A stretch of 64,000 nt of DNA. Source: Longimicrobiales bacterium (GTDB taxonomy: Bacteria > Gemmatimonadota > Gemmatimonadetes > Longimicrobiales > Gaopeijiaceae). Positions within the stretch are counted from its first letter, which is position 1. Each line of letters begins with the position of its first letter. Shown piece by piece: positions 38,289 through 48,996 of this stretch. Both the position numbers and the translations under genes were made by a program. Below the pieces are notes generated by a model. It worked only from the letters and a program-made list of their open reading frames with translations, did no database searches and was not told the origin of the DNA. Where the stretch lies: NCBI GenBank assembly GCA_041690395.1, contig JAWLHJ010000003.1:632729-696728 (forward strand), written 5' to 3'.

Positions 38289-38699
38289 TCACCCTACGTG
38301 CACTACGCATCGCCGCACGGACCCTCTCCGCCGGTGCTCCCACAGATAGATCCCCTGCCAGGTGCCGAGAGCGAGCCGGCCACCCTCGAACGGAATCGAC
38401 AGGGTGGTCGCGGTGAGCGCGGCCCGGATGTGCGACGGCATGTCGTCCGGTCCTTCCGCCGTGTGCGTGAAGTGCGGATCGCCCTCGGGCACGTGTCGCT
38501 CGATCCAGTTTTCCAGGTCGCGGCGAGCCGACGGGTCGGCGTTCTCCTGGATCGTCAGGCTCGCGGAGGTGTGCCGGATCATCACCGTGCACAGCCCCTC
38601 GTCGAGACCGCTCCGGGCCACGCATGCCTGCACGACATCCGTGATCTCGTGGAGCCCCTTCCCACGGGTCCGCACCTCGACGTGCTCGATCACGCGCAC
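38289..38699 (-). CDS. yjbQ: YjbQ/UPF0047 family protein
   Basis: HTSASLTIQENADP, HTAEGPDDMPSH, LGTWQGIYLWEH. Confidence 0.92.
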   Translation of the reverse strand: MRVIEHVEVRTRGKGLHEITDVVQACVARSGLDEGLCTVMIRHTSASLTIQENADPSARRDLENWIERHVPEGDPHFTHTAEGPDDMPSHIRAALTATTLSIPFEGGRLALGTWQGIYLWEHRRRGSVRRCVVHVG

Positions 38700-38715
38700 C
38701 TCCCGCTCATTTCCC

Positions 38716-39537
38716 TCAATCCAGGAACAGGTCGGGCAGCAGGGGTTTGCCCGGCTCGACGGCATAGCGATCGAGGTCGGTGACCCCTTCCTCGCCCAGA
38801 ACCTCGTCGTCGATGAAGAAGCGGCCGGTGGTCTCCCTCGCCGGTCGGGTGAGGATCGCATGCGCCGCGTCCGCCACGATCTCCGGGGTCCGGCACCGGC
38901 TCACGTCCACCCCCGGGAGCAGGTTGAGCGCGGCCGTATGGATGATGGTCCGCGGCCAGAGCGCGTTCACCGCGACGCCATCCTTCCGGAACTCCTCGGC
39001 CATCCCCAGCACGCACATCGACATGCCGTACTTCGACATGGTGTAGGCCAAATGCGCGGCGAACCAGCGGGGGTTCATGTCGAGGGGCGGGGCGAGGGTG
39101 AGGATGTGCGGGTCGTCCGCCTTCTTCAGGTGCGGCAGAGCGACCCGCGAACACAGGAACGTCCCCCGCGCGTTCACCTCGTGCATGAGATCGAAGCGCT
39201 TCATGGGGGTCTCGAGCGTCGGCGTCAGGCTGATGGCCGACGCGTTGTTCACCAGCACGTCGATGCCGCCGAAGCGCTCCACGGCCGCTTCCATGGCAGC
39301 CACGACCTGGTCCTCGTGACGAATGTCGCACTGGACGGCGAGGGCCTGTCCGCCCGCCTCCACGATCTCGTCCGCGGCCGTGTGGATGGTACCCGGGAGC
39401 TTGGGATGAGGCTCCGCGGTCTTGGCCGCGATCACGACGTTGGCCCCGTCCTCGGCCGCGCGCCTCGCGATCGCGAGGCCGATGCCGCGGGAGCCTCCGG
39501 TCATGAAGATCGTCTTTCCGGCGAGGGTGCGTTCCAT
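38716..39537 (-). CDS. Short-chain dehydrogenase/reductase (HSDL2-like)
   Basis: TGGSRGIG, HPKLPGTI, NNASAI, YTMSK. Confidence 0.9.
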   Translation of the reverse strand: MERTLAGKTIFMTGGSRGIGLAIARRAAEDGANVVIAAKTAEPHPKLPGTIHTAADEIVEAGGQALAVQCDIRHEDQVVAAMEAAVERFGGIDVLVNNASAISLTPTLETPMKRFDLMHEVNARGTFLCSRVALPHLKKADDPHILTLAPPLDMNPRWFAAHLAYTMSKYGMSMCVLGMAEEFRKDGVAVNALWPRTIIHTAALNLLPGVDVSRCRTPEIVADAAHAILTRPARETTGRFFIDDEVLGEEGVTDLDRYAVEPGKPLLPDLFLD

Positions 39538-39714
39538 GGTGGCGTCTCCGCGTGGCACGTGGGAAGTGCTGGGTGCACCCGGAAGGTGGCACGCCGGGAA
39601 GACCGAGGCCACGTCGCTGGTTGCGGCCTCCAACCCGGACCCCGTACTATGCGCCCGTAGCATGCGATCGTAGTGCCTCTACAAAGCCGGCCACCCTTCA
39701 GAAGGAGGTCCAGC

Positions 39715-39861
39715 ATGGCACATCTCGACGACGTCGACACCTCCGCACGCGTCCACGGACCCGCCCGCTTCGTGGCCTGGGCCACCCTGGCCCTGATGCT
39801 CATCACGGTTCTCTACGCGATCCGCATCGCGGTCGAGAACTGGTCGTTCATCGGAGTCTGA
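39715..39861 (+). CDS. 48-aa single-TM protein leading the nor operon
   Basis: Strong RBS AAGGAGG, one hydrophobic helix, stop 1 nt before norC. Confidence 0.65.
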   Translation: MAHLDDVDTSARVHGPARFVAWATLALMLITVLYAIRIAVENWSFIGV

Positions 39862-39862
39862 T

Positions 39863-40678
39863 ATGACCAAGCGTCAGACCCGGCTGTTCTTCATCGGGGG
39901 CACCGCCCTCTTCGCGCTCATCTTCATCGCGATGACCGTGGACAGCCACCGCCAGTTCCCCGAGCTGACCAACGCGCACCTCATCACGGAAGACGTGACC
40001 GAGGGCAAGCATGTCTGGCACCGCAAGAACTGCATCAACTGCCACACGCTGCTCGGTGAGGGCGCCTACTTCGCGCCGGACCTGACGAAGATCACGCAGC
40101 TGAGGGGCGAAGCGTACCTGACCGCCTTCCTCCAGGACCCGGCGCAATTCTACTCCGACGAGGTGCACCGGCGGCTCATGCCGAACCCGGAGCTCGACGA
40201 CACCGAGATCGCGCAGGTCATCGCCTTCCTCGACTGGGTGTCGCAGATCGACAACCAGGGATGGCCGCCGCGCCCGATCCTGGTGACCAGTGGCCCCATC
40301 GCGGGTGCGTCGGCGGGCCGGAGCGCCACGGACGCGGTCTCGGACGACCCGGTGGCCCTCGGCCAGGCCGTCTTCCACCAGCCGGTACCGGGGTGCTTCG
40401 CGTGTCACTCCACCGCTCCCGGAACGGCCATGGTGGGTCCCTCGATGGCGGGCATCGGCGGCCGGGCGGAAGACATCATAGCGAGCGGCGACTACACGGG
40501 ATCGGCGACCGACGCGGAGAGCTATATCCGCGAGTCGATCCTCGATCCGAACGCCTACCTCGTGCCGGGTCAGACGTTCTCCGCGGGCGGGGTCTCGTTC
40601 ATGCCCGCCAACACGGAGGACCTCCTCACGCCCGAAGAGATCGACCAGCTCGTCGCCTACCTCATGACCCTGCGCTGA
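39863..40678 (+). CDS. norC: Nitric oxide reductase cytochrome c subunit with an extra C-terminal cytochrome c domain
   Basis: TM anchor, 'GKHVW..NCINCHTLLGEGAYFAPDL', 'RRLMPN', 'GWPP'; second CFACH..MP. Confidence 0.9.
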   Translation: MTKRQTRLFFIGGTALFALIFIAMTVDSHRQFPELTNAHLITEDVTEGKHVWHRKNCINCHTLLGEGAYFAPDLTKITQLRGEAYLTAFLQDPAQFYSDEVHRRLMPNPELDDTEIAQVIAFLDWVSQIDNQGWPPRPILVTSGPIAGASAGRSATDAVSDDPVALGQAVFHQPVPGCFACHSTAPGTAMVGPSMAGIGGRAEDIIASGDYTGSATDAESYIRESILDPNAYLVPGQTFSAGGVSFMPANTEDLLTPEEIDQLVAYLMTLR

Positions 40679-40688
40679 GGGGCCAGCC

Positions 40689-42056
40689 ATGCGCTTCCGA
40701 TCCCAGTTCGTCGCGTACCCGTACTTCGCGGTCGCTCTGATCCTTTTCGGCCTCCAGATGGTGTTCGGCATCCTGCTCGCGGTGAAGTACCTCGGGCCCG
40801 ATCCCATCATGAGCTGGATGCCCTTCAACACCGCGAAGGCCATCCATACCAACCTGCTCATCGTATGGGTGCTCGCCGGCTTCATGGGCGCCGCGTACTA
40901 CGTCGTCCCGGAGGAGTCCCGCACCGAGATCTACAGCGTGAAGCTGGCGTATATCCAGCTCATCGTCTGGACGCTGATGGGACTCACGGCGGTCATCGGC
41001 TACATGTTCGAGTGGACCGCGGGCAACAAGTTCCTCGAGCAGCCGTTCCCGCTGAAGATCGTCATCGTCGTCGTCATGCTGATGTTCCTCTACAACATCG
41101 GCATGACGATCTACAAGGCGAAACGCTGGACGACGACGGAGGCGGTGCTGGTGGCGGGGCTCGCGCTCGCCGCGATCCTCTACCTCCCGGCGCTGATCAC
41201 CTACAACAACTACACGGTCAGCATCTACTACCGTTGGTGGACCATCCACCTCTGGGTCGAGGGGGTCTGGGAGATGGTCCAGGCCGGACTCCTCGCGTAT
41301 CTGCTGATCCGCCTCTCGGGCGCCGACCGCGAGATGATGGAGAAGTGGCTCTACGTCATCGTCGGCCTCGTGTTCATCGCGGGGATCCTCGGGACGGCCC
41401 ACCACTACTACTGGATCGGCGTCCCGGCGTATTGGCTGCCGGTCGGCGGGATCTTCAGCGCGCTCGAGCCGCTCGCGCTCTTCGGCATGGCCATGTACGC
41501 GTACTTCGCCATGCGAAGATCGGGGTTCGGACATCCCAACCAGCTGGCGCTCCACTGGACCATCGGGAGCGCGATCTTCACCGCGTTCGGAGCGGGGCTG
41601 CTCGGGCTCGCACACACCTGGCCGGCCGTGAACAAGTGGACCCACGGCACGCTGATCACGCCCATGCACGGCCACTCGGCGTTCTTCGGCGCCTACGTCA
41701 TGATCGTGCTCGCGGTCGTCACCTACGCCAAGCCGCACCTCACCGGAAAGAAGAGCGAGTCAGCCGAAACATCGCTCGGTCTGTGGGCGTTCTGGCTGCA
41801 GGTCGGCGGCATGTTCGGGATGACGCTGGCCTTCGGGACGGCCGGTATCACGCAGACGTACCTCGAACGGATCATGGGCCTCGGCTACATCGAGACGCAG
41901 TTCAAGATCCAGCCGCACTTCCTCATGCTCGTGGCCACGGGCTTCATCTTCACCGCGGGCGTGGCCGCGTTCATCGTCGACTTCTTCCGCGACCCGCCCG
42001 TCCCGCCCAGCGGTGGCGGGCCCGAGCGGGGTGACGTGGAACCCGTGACTCCATGA
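40689..42056 (+). CDS. norB: Nitric oxide reductase large subunit (cNOR)
   Basis: [52 protein letters not shown]. Confidence 0.95.
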   Translation: MRFRSQFVAYPYFAVALILFGLQMVFGILLAVKYLGPDPIMSWMPFNTAKAIHTNLLIVWVLAGFMGAAYYVVPEESRTEIYSVKLAYIQLIVWTLMGLTAVIGYMFEWTAGNKFLEQPFPLKIVIVVVMLMFLYNIGMTIYKAKRWTTTEAVLVAGLALAAILYLPALITYNNYTVSIYYRWWTIHLWVEGVWEMVQAGLLAYLLIRLSGADREMMEKWLYVIVGLVFIAGILGTAHHYYWIGVPAYWLPVGGIFSALEPLALFGMAMYAYFAMRRSGFGHPNQLALHWTIGSAIFTAFGAGLLGLAHTWPAVNKWTHGTLITPMHGHSAFFGAYVMIVLAVVTYAKPHLTGKKSESAETSLGLWAFWLQVGGMFGMTLAFGTAGITQTYLERIMGLGYIETQFKIQPHFLMLVATGFIFTAGVAAFIVDFFRDPPVPPSGGGPERGDVEPVTP

Positions 42057-42865
42057 GCGAACCGGGGCCGGGTGGTCTGCGCCTCCCCGCGGAGGAGCCG
42101 TACTACCTGCCCACCGGCAACGAGGTCGAGATCTTCGAGATGTGTCACCGGCGTGAGCTGGCGGTGATGCTGAAAGGCCCGACCGGTTGCGGCAAGACCC
42201 GCTTCGTCGAGCACATGGCGTGGCGGCTGGGGCGCCCCCTGGTGACCGTGGCGTGCCACGACGATCTGTCCGCCAGCGACCTGACGGGGCGATACCTCAT
42301 CCGTGACGGCGAGACGGTTTGGCAGGACGGTCCGCTCTCGCTCGCGGCGCGGCACGGTGCCATCTGCTATCTCGACGAGGTGGTCGAGGCACGGCAGGAC
42401 ACGGTCGTGGTCATCCATCCGCTAACGGACGACCGCCGGATCCTTCCCGTGGACAAGGCGGGCGAGCTCATCGAGGCCGCGCCGGGCTTCCAGCTGGTGG
42501 TGTCGTACAATCCGGGATACCAGCACGTGCTGAAGGACCTCAAGCCCAGCACGCGCCAACGCTTCGTGGCTCTCGATTTCGATTTCCCGGCCCCGGAACA
42601 CGAGATCGATATCGTGCGTCACGAAACCGGAGTGGACCGGGGCATGGCGGCCGACCTGGTCATGCTGGCCGGCCGCCTCAGGAATCTGCGTGATCGCGGC
42701 CTCGCCGAGGTCCCCAGCACACGCCTCCTGGTCGCGACGGGCCGTCTGATCGCGAGCGGGCTCGAACCGCGCACGGCGTGCGAAGTGGCCCTCGTCGCTC
42801 CGCTGACGGACGACCCGGAGCTTCTCGCCGCGATCCGGGACCTGCTGACCGCCTCCCTGACCTAG
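42053..42865 (+). CDS. norQ: MoxR AAA+ ATPase NorQ
   Basis: [41 protein letters not shown]. Confidence 0.95.
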   Translation: MSEPGPGGLRLPAEEPYYLPTGNEVEIFEMCHRRELAVMLKGPTGCGKTRFVEHMAWRLGRPLVTVACHDDLSASDLTGRYLIRDGETVWQDGPLSLAARHGAICYLDEVVEARQDTVVVIHPLTDDRRILPVDKAGELIEAAPGFQLVVSYNPGYQHVLKDLKPSTRQRFVALDFDFPAPEHEIDIVRHETGVDRGMAADLVMLAGRLRNLRDRGLAEVPSTRLLVATGRLIASGLEPRTACEVALVAPLTDDPELLAAIRDLLTASLT

Positions 42866-42885
42866 CCGGGCAGGAGCGCCGCCCA

Positions 42886-44946
42886 GTGTCCGAACCGGAA
42901 GAGGTCATCCTCGACGGTGCGCATCACGCGACGACGACCATCGCCTCGCTGTGGCGACGACACATCGGGACGCCGGGATCCCCGGAGGTCCGACTGACCG
43001 ACGTGAAGCATCGTCTGGAGCTCCTCACGCGGGCCGTGTACGGCACGACGCCGCCGATCGGCGTCGCGGAGCCGCCGGCGGTCCCGAACTGGTTCGGTCG
43101 CGTCGCGCTCCGGATCCCCCGCCACCTGGTCCGAAAGCATGCCGTCGCCTGGACCGACGGCATGCGCATCCGGCTTCCCGCGACCCTGGACGCCTCGGAC
43201 GGGGAAGCCGAGACGATCGCCCGCTACCGGGGTTGGGCGATGTCGCTCGCGGCTCGTTGTCACAGGGGCACGCCGGACTTCCTCACACGTCTCGACGGGG
43301 GGAGCCAGGGTACGGGCGGCCGCCTCGTCCGCGACCTCTTCCTTCTCAGCGAAGCCGCCAGCAGCGACCGTGAGATCGCTCGCGATCTTCCGGGCCTCAG
43401 GAGCGACCTGGCCGCCGCCCGTCGCTGCTCTCTGGCGGACCGGCCCCACGCCCGCGTCCTCACGGGACCGGAGAGCCAGGTGGAGCGGCTCCTCGTGACG
43501 GCGCTCGAGTCCGATCCGGCCGATGAGCCCGCTACCGTCCCCCACGCACGGAGCCCGTCGGACTCGCTCGCCTGGGCCACCACGACCGCCGCCGAGCTGG
43601 AGCGTCGATTCGGGGACGACCGAGGGAACGCCCGGTATCGAGGCATCCCTCCGGTGGAGGCGTGGGGCCTCGTGGAGCCGCTCCCCGACGCGGCGCTGAA
43701 GCTCAGGGAGGCGGGCATCGACCCCCTCGAGGAGGACGAGGCCGATCGGTCGGAGCGGATCCGCACGCTCGCGCGCCGCCCCCGCATCCGGCAGGCCCCG
43801 GAAGACGAGGACGACGACCAGGTGGGGATGTGGATGGTCCAGATCGACGACCCCCAGGAGTCCGTGGAAGACCCGATGGGGCTGCAGCGGCCGACGGACC
43901 GTGACGACGACGCCGACCCCGGCGACCTCGCCGACTCGCTCTCCGAGCTCCCGGAGGCCCGTATCGTCCCGGTCCCGGGCACGCCCAAGGAGGTTCTCGC
44001 CAGCGAGGACCCGCCGGAGCGGACCACCGTCACGGCCGGAAGCGTTCCGCAGCCCGTCGGCATCTCGTACCCGGAGTGGGACTATCGCGTGGAGCGGTAC
44101 CTTCCCGGCCAGGTGGTCGTTCGACCTGGTGTCGCTCGCGAAGGCGACGTCGCGTGGGCGGATGCCGCGCTGAAGCAGCATGGGAGAGAGGTCCAGAGGG
44201 TTCGGCGACAGTTCGAGCGGCTCCGGCCCCATCGGACCCGCTTGGGCCGGCAAACGGACGGCCCGGACATCGACCTCGGAGCGTACGTCACGGCGTATGC
44301 CGACCGGAAGGCCGGCCAGGCCCTCGACGACAGGCTCTACGAGGAGGTGCGGCCCGCGCGGCGCGACCTCTCGATCCTTCTGCTCGTGGACGTGAGCGGG
44401 TCCACCGACAGCTGGGTGGCGGATACACGGCGGATCGTCGACGTGGAGAAGGAGGCGCTCCTGCTCGTCTGCGAGGCGCTCGACGCGCTGGGCGATCCGT
44501 ACGGCGTCCTGGCGTTCTCGGGCGAGGGACCACGCGGCGTGTCCGTCGCCACGGTGAAGGGATTCGAGGAACGGAACGGTCGGCAGGTCCGGTCGCGCAT
44601 CTCGGCGCTCGAACCCGACCGGTTCACGAGGACGGGAGCCGCTATCCGCCACGCCACGGCCAGGCTGGCCGCACGGCCCAGCCGCCACCGACTCCTCCTG
44701 GTCCTGTCGGACGGCAAGCCCAACGACATCGACCTGTACGAAGGACGGTACGGCATCGAGGATACCCGCCAGGCCGTCGCGGAGGCCCGGCTCGAGGGGC
44801 TGGATGCCTTCTGCGTCACGGTCGACCGGCATGCTCCCGAGTACCTCCCCCGCATCTTCGGGCCGACCGGCTACGCCATGCTGCGCCACGCCACCAAGCT
44901 ACCCGGCGTGCTGGTCGAGGTGGTGAGGCTGCTGCTGCGCAGCTGA
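42886..44946 (+). CDS. norD: vWA-domain NOR activation protein NorD
   Basis: YPEWDY, MIDAS DVSGS, TRTGAAIRHA, SDGKPND..YEGRYGIEDT. Confidence 0.92.
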   Translation: MSEPEEVILDGAHHATTTIASLWRRHIGTPGSPEVRLTDVKHRLELLTRAVYGTTPPIGVAEPPAVPNWFGRVALRIPRHLVRKHAVAWTDGMRIRLPATLDASDGEAETIARYRGWAMSLAARCHRGTPDFLTRLDGGSQGTGGRLVRDLFLLSEAASSDREIARDLPGLRSDLAAARRCSLADRPHARVLTGPESQVERLLVTALESDPADEPATVPHARSPSDSLAWATTTAAELERRFGDDRGNARYRGIPPVEAWGLVEPLPDAALKLREAGIDPLEEDEADRSERIRTLARRPRIRQAPEDEDDDQVGMWMVQIDDPQESVEDPMGLQRPTDRDDDADPGDLADSLSELPEARIVPVPGTPKEVLASEDPPERTTVTAGSVPQPVGISYPEWDYRVERYLPGQVVVRPGVAREGDVAWADAALKQHGREVQRVRRQFERLRPHRTRLGRQTDGPDIDLGAYVTAYADRKAGQALDDRLYEEVRPARRDLSILLLVDVSGSTDSWVADTRRIVDVEKEALLLVCEALDALGDPYGVLAFSGEGPRGVSVATVKGFEERNGRQVRSRISALEPDRFTRTGAAIRHATARLAARPSRHRLLLVLSDGKPNDIDLYEGRYGIEDTRQAVAEARLEGLDAFCVTVDRHAPEYLPRIFGPTGYAMLRHATKLPGVLVEVVRLLLRS

Positions 44947-45029
44947 CGACGCGGCCGCCCGTCGCCTTAGATTGCAGCGGCACGCGCCCGACACGAACCT
45001 CCCTTCCATCCGCAGCCGAGCCGCCGCCC

Positions 45030-47189
45030 ATGGTGGACATACGCGCCCATCTCCGGACCCTCCGTCAGGTCGTCGACGGGCGGACCGGGACCCTGGACGA
45101 TCCGCATGCCTGGCGCGAGCAACTGCTGGACGTCACGCTCGTTGCGGCCTTCCTACTGGGGGTCATCACGGCGCTGCCCGGCGTCGCGGCCGCGGTTCCG
45201 AGGGGTGATTGGGCCCTCGTGGCCGTCGACGGCGGCGCCCTCGCTCTCCTGTCCGTGATCGCGTTGCGTCGGAGCCTCCCCTACCGACTCAGGGCGTGGA
45301 GCTTCCTGCTCCTCGTCTTCGCCCTGGGCACCTGGTTCCTCGCCACCGTCGGAGCCGTGAGCCTCGTCTACCTCATGGCCGTCCCCATCCTCGCGGTGCT
45401 GCTCCTGGGCTTCGTCCCGGCCGTCGCGCAACTCGCGGTCAATGCGGTCACGGTGCTGCTCGTCGGCCACCTCTTCGCACCGGACGTCCCGATTCCGCGC
45501 TACGCCGACGCGCGCCTGCTCCACTGGGTGTTGGTGAGCCTCAACCTGACGTTCGTCAGCGCGGTGATCACGGCCGGCGTTGCGTACCTGCTCCGCCGCC
45601 TCGAGGCGGCACTGAAGGAGCAGCGACGCGTCACGGCCGCGATCGAGCAGGCGGACGAGGCGGTGGTCCTGGGCGGATCGGACGGACGGATCGGCTACGC
45701 GAACGCGTCGGCCCGACGCATGCTGGACGCCCTGACGATGCCGGGGAGCGACACCCGACGGATCCAGCACCTCGTTCGCCAGCTGCAGGGACCCCTGGGG
45801 ATGCCCGTGTCGCTTGAAGCATCGCTTCCATGGGAGGGTGAGGTCGAGCTGCCCGGAGACGAAGGGCCTCGACAGATCCGAGCGTCCATCTCCCCCCTTC
45901 GGGATGGAGGCGACGAGGTGACGGGCTTCATGGCGTTCCTCCAGGACGTGACCCGGGAGAAGCGGATGGAGGCCCGCGTGCGGAGAGGGGAGCGGTTGGA
46001 GGCGCTCGGCACCCTGGCGGGCGGCGTTGCCCACGACTTCAACAACATCGTGGGGTCGATCCTGGGCCTGGTGGACGACGTCCGGAGCCGGGCGCCGTCG
46101 CCCGCGATCGCGATGTCCCTGGACGCGATCGTCCGGGCCTGTCTCCGCGCGAGGGAGGTCGTGCGGCAGATGATGGTGTTCGGCCGCAAGGCGCCGCTCG
46201 AGCGCCGACCCATCCTGGTCCGGGAGACCGTCGAGGAGGCGCTCTCCCTCGTGCGGGCGGGGACGCCGGCGGACGTCGAGGTACGGAGCAGCCTCCGAAG
46301 CGAAGCGCGGGTGCTGGCGGGCTCCGCGGAGATCCATCAGGTGCTCATGAACCTCTGCACCAACGCGGTGCAGGCGATGGAAGGGCGAGCGGCCGGCACG
46401 CTCGCCGTCGGGCTACACGACGCTGACCCGCCGGCCGACGCCCCCTCGGAGGGCGCCGATGACCCCCCGGGCGGCCCCGAGCACGTTTGCCTCACGGTGA
46501 CGGACACCGGCACCGGCATCCCCCCGGAGGATCTCTCGAGGATCTTCGACCCGTTCTTCACGACCAAGACCTCCACGCACGGCACGGGCCTGGGGCTCGC
46601 GAGCGTGTACGGGATCGTGCGGTCGATGGGCGGCGAGGTGAGGGTCTACTCGGAGCCCGGCGCCGGGACCACGTTCCGCGTCTACCTGCCGATGGATCGG
46701 CCCACAGAGCCGGACTCCCCCACCAGCGCGGAATCCGACCCGGACGAGGCCTCCGACGTCGAAGCGGGACCGTCCGCCGCCGAGGCCGAGCGGGTCATCC
46801 ACGTTCTCGTCGTGGATGACGAGGAGGTGTTGCGCAGGATGACCGCGCGCACGCTCCGCCGCCTGGGCCATGAGACCACCGAGAGCGGCCATGGGGCCGA
46901 GGCGCTGGAGGCGGTGGCAGCCGATCCGGAGACGTTCGACGTCGTGCTGACCGATCTGACCATGCCGGTCATGGGTGGTGGCGAGCTCATCCGGCGATTG
47001 AAGGAGCTGCGGCCGGGACTCCCCGTCGTGCTGGCCTCCGGCTTCGCGGACACCCCCGAGGGCCGGGCGCTCGACACCACGGACGGGGTCGTCTTCCTCC
47101 CGAAGCCGTTCACCCGCCGGGAGCTGGCTGCCGCCCTCGAGGAGGCGCTGCGGCGGGGGGTGGTGGACGACGAAGGTGACGGAACGTGA
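45030..47189 (+). CDS. Membrane hybrid sensor histidine kinase (TM-PAS-HisKA-HATPase-REC)
   Basis: About 6 TM helices, PAS-like region, GGVAHDFNN, MNLCTNA, FDPFFTTK..GTGLGL, TDLTMP receiver. Confidence 0.92.
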   Translation: MVDIRAHLRTLRQVVDGRTGTLDDPHAWREQLLDVTLVAAFLLGVITALPGVAAAVPRGDWALVAVDGGALALLSVIALRRSLPYRLRAWSFLLLVFALGTWFLATVGAVSLVYLMAVPILAVLLLGFVPAVAQLAVNAVTVLLVGHLFAPDVPIPRYADARLLHWVLVSLNLTFVSAVITAGVAYLLRRLEAALKEQRRVTAAIEQADEAVVLGGSDGRIGYANASARRMLDALTMPGSDTRRIQHLVRQLQGPLGMPVSLEASLPWEGEVELPGDEGPRQIRASISPLRDGGDEVTGFMAFLQDVTREKRMEARVRRGERLEALGTLAGGVAHDFNNIVGSILGLVDDVRSRAPSPAIAMSLDAIVRACLRAREVVRQMMVFGRKAPLERRPILVRETVEEALSLVRAGTPADVEVRSSLRSEARVLAGSAEIHQVLMNLCTNAVQAMEGRAAGTLAVGLHDADPPADAPSEGADDPPGGPEHVCLTVTDTGTGIPPEDLSRIFDPFFTTKTSTHGTGLGLASVYGIVRSMGGEVRVYSEPGAGTTFRVYLPMDRPTEPDSPTSAESDPDEASDVEAGPSAAEAERVIHVLVVDDEEVLRRMTARTLRRLGHETTESGHGAEALEAVAADPETFDVVLTDLTMPVMGGGELIRRLKELRPGLPVVLASGFADTPEGRALDTTDGVVFLPKPFTRRELAAALEEALRRGVVDDEGDGT

Positions 47190-47899
47190 CCACCCGCGCG
47201 TCGCACATCGTCCGCATCGAGCCCTTCGGCCGAGGAGGGGTCAAGGCCCGCGTCCACCTGGACGAGGGCGAGGCGCTCGAGGTGATGCTCGAGGCGCTGG
47301 AGCGGTCCCGGCTCGGCGTGGGAGACACGTTGAGCCCGGATCGTCGAAGGGCGCTCCTCGCAGCCGACGCCGATGTCCGCGTGCGCGAATCGGCGTTGAG
47401 CCTCATCTCTTTCAGGGCCCGAACCCGCACGGAGCTGGAACGGAAGCTTCGCGCCAAGGGCTTCGAAGCGGCTCGGATCGACGCGTGCCTGGACCGGCTG
47501 GCCGAGAGCGGGCTCATCGACGACGCCGCCGTGTCGGCCGCGTTCGTCCGTGACCGGCTCCGGCATCGACCCAGGGGAAGGAGCCGGTTGCGATCCGAGC
47601 TACGCGCCAAGGGCGTGACGTCGCACGTGGCCGACGACGTGGTCGACGAGGTCTTCGAGAAGGAGGGCGTCACGGACGTGCAGCTCGCGGCCGAGGTCGC
47701 CGAGGCGTGGGTCTCACGGCAGAGCCCAGCGCTCGTCGCGGCGCTCTCCGTGGACGCATGGACCGACGAGCGCCAGCGCGCCCAACGGCGACTTCGCGGC
47801 TATCTGGGCCGACGCGGCTTCAGCGGGGAGGCTCTGAGGGCGGGCGTGGCGCGGGCCGAAGCGCTCAGCCGAGCAGCGCGAGAAAGACCCCGGCCGTGA
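47186..47899 (+). CDS. recX: Regulatory protein RecX
   Basis: RTRTELERKL, GLIDD, PRGRSRLRSELRAKGV, YLGRRGFS. Confidence 0.88.
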   Translation: MTTRASHIVRIEPFGRGGVKARVHLDEGEALEVMLEALERSRLGVGDTLSPDRRRALLAADADVRVRESALSLISFRARTRTELERKLRAKGFEAARIDACLDRLAESGLIDDAAVSAAFVRDRLRHRPRGRSRLRSELRAKGVTSHVADDVVDEVFEKEGVTDVQLAAEVAEAWVSRQSPALVAALSVDAWTDERQRAQRRLRGYLGRRGFSGEALRAGVARAEALSRAARERPRP

Positions 47900-48992
47900 C
47901 GGCCGAGCCGACGACGCCGGCCACGTTCGGCCCCATGGCGGACATGAGCGGGTTCACCCGCCCGTTGGTCTCCTCCGACACGAACTGCTGAACCACGCGC
48001 GCCGACATCGGCACGGCGGACACGCCGGCCGCCCCGATGCACGGATTGATCCGGCTCTTCTCGGGAAGCGCCAGGTTGAGCAGCTTCGCGAAGAGGATCC
48101 CGCCGGCGGTGCTGAACGAGAACGCGACGGCCCCGAGCGCCAGGATCATCAGCGTCTGGACGGTGAGGAAGTTCTCGGCGCCCATCGTGCCGCCGACGAC
48201 CAGTCCGAGCAGGATGGTCACCACGTCGATCATGGGACCGCCGGCAGTCTTCTTCAGGCGCTCCGTCACGCCCGACTCGCGAATCAGGTTCCCGAACATG
48301 AGGAGCCCGAGGAGCGGAGCGCTCGACGGCACCGCCAACGAGGCGACGACGCCGGTCACGATCGGGAACAGGATGACCGTGGTCTTCGACACCGGCCGCG
48401 CCTGCGGCATGTCGATCGCCCGCTCGCGCTTCGTGGTGAGCATCCGCATGATCGGCGGCTGGATGATCGGCACGAGCGACATGTAGCTGTACGCGGCCAC
48501 GGCCACGGCCCCGAGCAGGTGCGGCGCCAGCTGGATGGTGATGAAGATCGAGGTGGGCCCGTCGGCGCCGCCGATGATGCCGATCGCGGCGGCCTCCTGC
48601 GGGGTGAAGCCGAAGAGGTACGCGGCCGCGAGCGCGGCCATGAAGATGCCCACCTGCGCCGCCCCACCGAGGAGGAACGTGAGCGGCCGCGCGAGCAACG
48701 GGCGGAAGTCCGTGAGCACCCCGACACCCAGGAAGATCAGGGGCGGCAGGAGCTCCGTGCGGATGCCGGCGTCGTAGATGACCCCCATGATGCCGTCGGC
48801 GTACGAGCTCATCCCAGCCTGCGGTAGGTTCGCCAGCAAGGCGCCGAAGCCGATGGGAATGAGGAGCAGTGGCTCGTATCCCCGCGTCACCGCGAGGTAG
48901 ATCAGCGTCCCGGCGACGACGAACATCACCAGGTTGCCGAGCGTGAGGGCGGCGAGCCCGGACTGGGCCAACAGCTCGCTGAGGATCTCCAT
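47865..48992 (-). CDS. oadB: Na+-translocating decarboxylase beta subunit
   Basis: YEPLLLIPIGFG, GIIGGADGPT, AVAAYSYMSLVPIIQPP, GVSAVPMSARV, AMGPNVAG. Confidence 0.95.
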   Translation of the reverse strand: MEILSELLAQSGLAALTLGNLVMFVVAGTLIYLAVTRGYEPLLLIPIGFGALLANLPQAGMSSYADGIMGVIYDAGIRTELLPPLIFLGVGVLTDFRPLLARPLTFLLGGAAQVGIFMAALAAAYLFGFTPQEAAAIGIIGGADGPTSIFITIQLAPHLLGAVAVAAYSYMSLVPIIQPPIMRMLTTKRERAIDMPQARPVSKTTVILFPIVTGVVASLAVPSSAPLLGLLMFGNLIRESGVTERLKKTAGGPMIDVVTILLGLVVGGTMGAENFLTVQTLMILALGAVAFSFSTAGGILFAKLLNLALPEKSRINPCIGAAGVSAVPMSARVVQQFVSEETNGRVNPLMSAMGPNVAGVVGSAVTAGVFLALLG

Positions 48993-48996
48993 GGGG

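Noticed and set aside
39540..39714. Search for an FNR/DNR box upstream of the nor operon (also 34400-34640 for the cytochrome operon)
   Set aside because: No convincing TTGAT-N4-ATCAA match
47865..47899. 35-nt convergent overlap of recX and oadB 3' ends
   Set aside because: Short tail-to-tail overlaps are common in high-GC genomes; no further signal
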